Shown here in pieces: positions 52,480 through 57,026 of a stretch of DNA of 57,026 nucleotides; position 1 is the stretch's first letter, and every line of letters begins with the position of its first letter. The position numbers and the translations under genes were made by a program. Source of the DNA: Spirochaetia bacterium (GTDB taxonomy: Bacteria; Spirochaetota; Spirochaetia; SZUA-6; Bin103); contig CBDBDQ010000004.1 of the NCBI GenBank assembly GCA_965203905.1, positions 1-57,026 of the forward strand, in the 5' to 3' direction. The notes below the pieces were generated by a model. It was not told the DNA's origin, made no database searches, and saw only the letters and a program-made list of their open reading frames with translations.

Positions 52480-52920
52480 AATCGACCCCGGCGGCGCCGG
52501 TTGCCTTGTAGGCGAAGGCGCCGCGGCGTGGCGGAACAACGGCCCGGCGCCTGGAGGCTGCGTGCGGACTTCCCCGACTGGTGCAGCGGCGGTGAAGCCG
52601 AAGCCCCCCCGTTCGCGGTTCGCCGCGCAAGCGACAGAACATCCCTTATCGGCAGTGTCAGGGGCCTCCAGGGAGCCGGAGGCCCCTTGTGGCGGGCACC
52701 GCTTGACGACTCGCCTTCGTCATTGGACCAATGATACTTAGTGGTTGACGCCGTTGTCCTGAGCAGGTTCATTGGGAACCCATACAGTAGTAGAGCCCGC
52801 GGCCGGTAACCGCGAGCTCTACTCGTCCAGCGCTTGTCACAGCAAGCCGAAGAACGTTGCCAGGGCAACCATACCCGCCTCGGCTTCCTGTGCCAAGCGC
52901 GCGATTCGCGGAGGCAAATC

Positions 52921-53427
52921 ATGCACGACGACGATCAGCAGGAGTTCTACTCTCTGAACCGGGTTGAGTATCTGGTGCTGAAGGCCCTTGAAGACGGTAC
53001 GGAGATCTCGCTTCAGACGCTACGTGCCCGAGTGGAGCAGCTTGCTTCCGCCGACGAGAACCCCCTCCCTCCGTTTGAACCGGCCGTTCATCGGCTGAAA
53101 GATGAGAAATGGATAGCGCTGCTTCCCGGGAATACGTGTCGCATGAACCCAGACATCATGATTATGGCCTATCGGTTGGTTGCTATCGGGTGTCGGATGG
53201 CTGCTTCGCGCACCCTGAAGGAGCCTGAGAGGTTCTATGACGCGGTGGAGGAGTTGATGCGTCAGGTGAACCTAGAAACTCGAAAAAGCAGTCCGGCAGC
53301 GCGCAAGCGGGAGCTGAATGCCATTTTACGGCTTGCTTTAGCTCATTGGAAAGATCTAAGGCCGACTGTTCAACGCCCATCATGTTACGGACAGTATCCG
53401 CCAAGAGGCGGGAAGGAGTCAAGATGA
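52921..53427 (+). CDS. Hypothetical protein, winged-helix-like N-terminus
   Basis: GGAGG RBS; LVLKALEDG...AVHRLKDEKWI. Confidence 0.55.
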   Translation: MHDDDQQEFYSLNRVEYLVLKALEDGTEISLQTLRARVEQLASADENPLPPFEPAVHRLKDEKWIALLPGNTCRMNPDIMIMAYRLVAIGCRMAASRTLKEPERFYDAVEELMRQVNLETRKSSPAARKRELNAILRLALAHWKDLRPTVQRPSCYGQYPPRGGKESR

Positions 53428-54023
53428 GACGCATCGTCGTCATGGCAGCGCTGATAGCGCTGGTGGCAGGAGTGCTACATGCTGGCCCTGAGGAAAAGGT
53501 CAGATACGGAAACTGGTGTGGGAAGGAGTACCCAAAGGATACGAAGACAGCTCCAGCTCCAGTTAATCGGGTAGATCAAGAGTGCATGAAGCACGACTTG
53601 GCCTATGAAACGAACCGATCCCGAGCAGATTCGGACGCAGAGCTTGTAAAGAATCTCACCGAGCTAGCTAACTCCGGTGAAATAGATGGTGAAGAATTAG
53701 CGTGGGCGGTTTCTATAGCTGCCGCCTTTACCGGCTTACAATATCGTGATTTGCATAAAGATCTACTTGATGGAAAGGTAAGTACTGCGGTGGATGTGGC
53801 TGTCGCAACAGGTGTGTCGATAGCGGTGTTACCCACTGCCGCAACCGCTGGAGTGATAGCTAAGGTCGGAAATGAAGTTGGCGGTCCGCTCGGAAAGCCC
53901 ATTTCGTGGACTGCCGACGTGGTACGCTTCTCTGGAGTAACTGTAATTTCTGGTGGCAAGGTAGCAGATAAGGTGCAGGCAGAAGCAAGCAGAGCTTGGC
54001 GAAGAATAAAAAGCTGGTTCTAA
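53424..54023 (+). CDS. Secreted phospholipase A2-like protein
   Basis: Signal peptide; YGNWCG and DQECMKHDLAY. Confidence 0.78.
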   Translation: MRRIVVMAALIALVAGVLHAGPEEKVRYGNWCGKEYPKDTKTAPAPVNRVDQECMKHDLAYETNRSRADSDAELVKNLTELANSGEIDGEELAWAVSIAAAFTGLQYRDLHKDLLDGKVSTAVDVAVATGVSIAVLPTAATAGVIAKVGNEVGGPLGKPISWTADVVRFSGVTVISGGKVADKVQAEASRAWRRIKSWF

Positions 54024-54124
54024 AAGCGATCCGCCCCCTCCCGGGGCGGACAGGCGCAAGGGAGAACGGTAGCGGGCCACCCCCGCCAAGTCCCGGCACG
54101 ACACACCGGAAAGGAGATTGTAAC

Positions 54125-54334
54125 ATGAGCGATCAGGATAAGGAGCCGGCGTACGTGCGTGACACATGGTTCTACCGCGGGGTGGTGTTCTCCCTCGGCT
54201 TGGTAGCTGTCGGATCGATCGTAGGGTTGCTGGCAGGCGTATCAGACGGCAAGGACGCGCTCATCGCGATCGGATCTGCCTCACGTCCAGGTGTCCCCGC
54301 TTCCAGGTCCTCGATTATGGCCCGCGCCCAATAG
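54125..54334 (+). CDS. Small membrane protein (possibly truncated)
   Basis: AAGGAG RBS; TM segment. Confidence 0.45.
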   Translation: MSDQDKEPAYVRDTWFYRGVVFSLGLVAVGSIVGLLAGVSDGKDALIAIGSASRPGVPASRSSIMARAQ

Positions 54335-54413
54335 GGCATGGAGTCGTCGAACCGAAACGTCACGGCAGTGCCTCGCTCGGCAGCAGCTCCCGAAAGTGGG
54401 CAGCCGTCGCGCC

Positions 54414-54716
54414 CTAAGCCGCCGACCGTGGCGTCACTCGTTCGGTGATCTCACGGCCTGACGCGATCTCCGCTCGCCGCAGCTCCCACGCCTTCTGCAG
54501 GTTCAGCCAGAGCTGCGGCGTCGTCCCGAAGTACCTCGCCAGCCTCAGCGCCGTGTCCGCGCTCACGCCTCGCTGGCCATTCAGGATCAACGTGACCCGG
54601 TTCACCGGCACGTCCAGCGCCTTCGACAACGCCTTGGCCGACAGACCAAGCTCGTTCAGCTCCTCACGCAGTACCTCGCCCGGATGCACCGGCTTCATCC
54701 CGTTCTGCACGCTCAT
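54414..54716 (-). CDS. higA: HigA antitoxin
   Basis: PVHPGEVLREE, ADTALRLARYFGTTPQLWLNLQ. Confidence 0.95.
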   Translation of the reverse strand: MSVQNGMKPVHPGEVLREELNELGLSAKALSKALDVPVNRVTLILNGQRGVSADTALRLARYFGTTPQLWLNLQKAWELRRAEIASGREITERVTPRSAA

Positions 54717-54731
54717 GCTCAGCCCCTCCAC

Positions 54732-55010
54732 TCAGTGATAGTCCACGATCTCCACGTCGCACGGTCCCTCGCCCGTCCACCGGAAGCAGATGCGCCACTG
54801 CGCGTTGATCCGGATGCTGTGTTGCCGGGCACGATCGCCACGCAGCACTTCCAGCCGGTTGCTCTGCAGGCCAGCGAGATCTGGTAGCGCCTCGGCGCTG
54901 TCCAGCAACGTCAGCCGGCGCGTCGCCTGGTCGGCGAATCCCTCAAAGGCAGGCACCCGCTCTCCCTCGAAGAACCGTTGCGTATCTCGATCCTTGAAGC
55001 TTCGGATCAT
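54732..55010 (-). CDS. higB: HigB (RelE-family) toxin
   Basis: MIRSFKD, NRLE.LRGDR..QHSIRINAQWRICF, VEIVDYH; toxin-first order. Confidence 0.95.
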   Translation of the reverse strand: MIRSFKDRDTQRFFEGERVPAFEGFADQATRRLTLLDSAEALPDLAGLQSNRLEVLRGDRARQHSIRINAQWRICFRWTGEGPCDVEIVDYH

Positions 55011-55066
55011 GGATTCAGACCTAGCCAGCCTTGACTGTACGGAAGATTACGGCTTACGTAAACCCA

Positions 55067-56377
55067 ATGAGTAGTAGTACAACACCTGATGCCCGCAGCA
55101 ACCTGGAAGCGGAACGAATGGTGATCGGGGCGGCCCTGTACGACCCGGAAGTGTACCGAGACGTGCATGCGCACGGGCTGCGCGCCCACATGTTCGAAGA
55201 CCTGCCCATGAGCCGCGTCTGGCAGGCCATCGGCACCACCATAGAAGCCGGCGAGCCCGTTCAGACGCTTCAGCGCGTCGCCGCCCACCTTCGAGATGAC
55301 GCCGGGCTGACGGTCACCGATCTGGCCAAGCTGCAGTCGGCCGTACCGAGCACCGCAAACCTTTCCTTCTACGTCACCAGTGTGCGCAAGGCGCACATCC
55401 ACCGCGAGTTGGATCGGCTTCCCGAGCTGCTCAGCGATGAGGATCCCGGTGTCCGTGCGCGTGAGATCGCACAGCAGGCGCGAACCCTGGCCGAGCTCGG
55501 CAGCAGTCAGCGGATCAAGGTGCACAGGGACTGGAGCGGTGAGGCGCCGCCTCGAGAGTGGATCTGCGAGGGCTGGCTGGGCTACCGCCTGACCCTGTTC
55601 ACCGGCCACGGCGGCCGCGGCAAGTCTCGCCTTGCCCTGCAGCTCGCTGCGGCCGTCGCCAGCGGCACTTACGCGCCGTGGCTCCCCCCTGAGTCCGACG
55701 ATACGCGAACCGTACCAGGTGCTGCCATCGACGGCGCGGCGAGTGCATCGGCGGTGCTGCTGGCGAGCTGGGAGGATGAGCAAGACGAGGTGCACCGACG
55801 CTTGCAGACGATGGCAATGGACGAACGGCTGCCGTGGGCCGCGCCGGAACGTATCGAGAATCGCCTGAACTTCGCCGACCTGGCCGGTTACGGCCCGCTG
55901 TGGGAGACCACCGAGTACTCAGGCGGCAAGCTGACCGACACCGGGCACGAGCTGCGAGAGATCGCCGAGCGGATCGAGGCGCGGCTACTGATCATCGACC
56001 CGCGGGCTGCAGCCTACGCCGGCGATGAAAACAACCGGGCACAGGTGCGTGCGTTCATTTCGCACTGGGACCGCTGGGCACGGGAGACTCAGTGTGCGGT
56101 GCTGGTCGTGGATCATTTGCCGAAGTACGCTACCAAGCCGAGAAAGGACGACGACGACGAGGGGCCGGCGTATGCTGGGTCTACCGATTGGCACAACGCG
56201 GCTCGTAGTGTGTGGACCCTGGAACGAACCGAGAAGGGCGGCACGTTGCTACGGTGCGACAAGAGCAACTACGGCCCGGCTCCCAAGCCGGTGCACCTGA
56301 CCAGCGGTGACGGCTGTGCCTGGTTTGCCACTGGAGCCGAGGCCACGGACAGGCTCCGTCCCGGAGAGGTGGCATGA
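55067..56377 (+). CDS. RepA-like (AAA_25, SF4) helicase with DnaB-like N-terminal domain
   Basis: LEAERMVIGAAL; GHGGRGKS; SWEDE; LLIIDP; VLVVDH; GSTDWHNAAR; KSNYG. Confidence 0.85.
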   Translation: MSSSTTPDARSNLEAERMVIGAALYDPEVYRDVHAHGLRAHMFEDLPMSRVWQAIGTTIEAGEPVQTLQRVAAHLRDDAGLTVTDLAKLQSAVPSTANLSFYVTSVRKAHIHRELDRLPELLSDEDPGVRAREIAQQARTLAELGSSQRIKVHRDWSGEAPPREWICEGWLGYRLTLFTGHGGRGKSRLALQLAAAVASGTYAPWLPPESDDTRTVPGAAIDGAASASAVLLASWEDEQDEVHRRLQTMAMDERLPWAAPERIENRLNFADLAGYGPLWETTEYSGGKLTDTGHELREIAERIEARLLIIDPRAAAYAGDENNRAQVRAFISHWDRWARETQCAVLVVDHLPKYATKPRKDDDDEGPAYAGSTDWHNAARSVWTLERTEKGGTLLRCDKSNYGPAPKPVHLTSGDGCAWFATGAEATDRLRPGEVA

Positions 56378-57026
56378 TGACCGAGCGGGATCGCGCCAAC
56401 CAACGCAACACTAAGGCCCGCGAGTTCGCCAAGCGGTACCCGGATGAGGTAGCAGATGCTGCGCTTGAGTCGGCCGAGTTGCAGGCGACGCTGGACGAGT
56501 GGCCCCCCATGGAAGCCGTACCAGTTTGGGGAATGAATGAAGATCATGATTCCTCGTATGTCCCCCGTGTCCGTGCCGCCATCGCTAAATGGCAGAAGGC
56601 CGAAGATGACCAGACTCCTGTGTGGCGCGTCAGTGAAGTGTGGAACCTGCTGGTCAAGTGGGAGATGTCAACAAAGCGGCCCCGCAAGGCACTAGAACGG
56701 TGGCTTCCACAGTACACAAAGATAGATTCCGGTGCCGTAGCGCAGAAGCTGATAGACCACTTGGCCATGCTGCCAGAGAGTCCCGAGAGCGACTCCGGTC
56801 TTTCGCTGTTGACCAAGCTGATTGAGGTCATAACGTCGGTAAGAGCAGAGGTAGATTCTCGCCGGTACGCCAACTTGTCGACCACGCTGGTGAATACTTT
56901 CTACATTGGCATTCGCGATCAGCACGACGGGCAACATGATCTGCCGTTTGAGGAGGGCGACCTGCGTCGTTACGCACTACCGCCCGCGGCAGAACCACGC
57001 TTTGAGGTCGGGTACTTACCCGGACT
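56374..57026 (+). CDS. N-terminal part of Rep-like protein, open to window end
   Basis: ATGA overlap with helicase stop; 217 sense codons + 2 nt, in frame with positions 1-940. Confidence 0.7.
   Translation, partial: MMTERDRANQRNTKAREFAKRYPDEVADAALESAELQATLDEWPPMEAVPVWGMNEDHDSSYVPRVRAAIAKWQKAEDDQTPVWRVSEVWNLLVKWEMSTKRPRKALERWLPQYTKIDSGAVAQKLIDHLAMLPESPESDSGLSLLTKLIEVITSVRAEVDSRRYANLSTTLVNTFYIGIRDQHDGQHDLPFEEGDLRRYALPPAAEPRFEVGYLPG

Larger units (their letters stand above)
40428..52656 (-). mobile_element. Array of gene cassettes delimited by about 10 direct-repeat dif-like sites
   Basis: TTATCGG(C/A)AGT arms at 40445, 42270, 43281, 44114, 49234, 51777, 52646; variants at 45346, 45986, 47538; most preceded at 6-7 bp by a GACAGAA-like arm. 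Confidence 0.7.

Noticed and set aside
40428-52656. Classical integron attC array
   Set aside because: No intI, no RYYYAAC...GTTRRRY long imperfect palindromes, and genes lie in both orientations

Overview
A GC-rich 57-kb accessory element that is probably a complete circular plasmid: the ORF running off the right end (56374->57026) joins in frame with the ORF at the left end (1->940). Contents: (i) two Rep-like genes, each followed by 21-22-bp iteron-like repeats, plus a DnaB-N/AAA_25 helicase, ParA + ribbon-helix-helix partition pair and HigBA; (ii) a translationally coupled cluster of small phage/plasmid genes (RadC-JAB, three DUF6197-like copies); (iii) a surface-protein/mannosylation island (GT2+GtrA, TMTC-like, PIG-B/Alg9-like transferases beside Calx-beta autotransporter, TSP3-VWA, collagen-like and FN3-like lipoproteins); (iv) a type I-G CRISPR-Cas effector operon (csb1/cas7, csb2, cas3, cas8g2) with no cas1/cas2/cas4, a 19-repeat array, a degenerate 5-repeat array, and two distant mini-arrays sharing one guide seed; (v) a 12-kb run of unrelated 0.6-2.5-kb gene units (S8 protease, AbiV, Mrr, M28, PEGA, pentapeptide etc.) separated by about 10 directly repeated dif-like sites (nnnnGACAGAA-N6/7-TTATCGG[A/C]AGT), with no recombinase encoded. 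This candidate host-XerCD-driven, integron-like cassette array is the most novel-looking system here. All family calls come from motif recognition by eye, not database searches.
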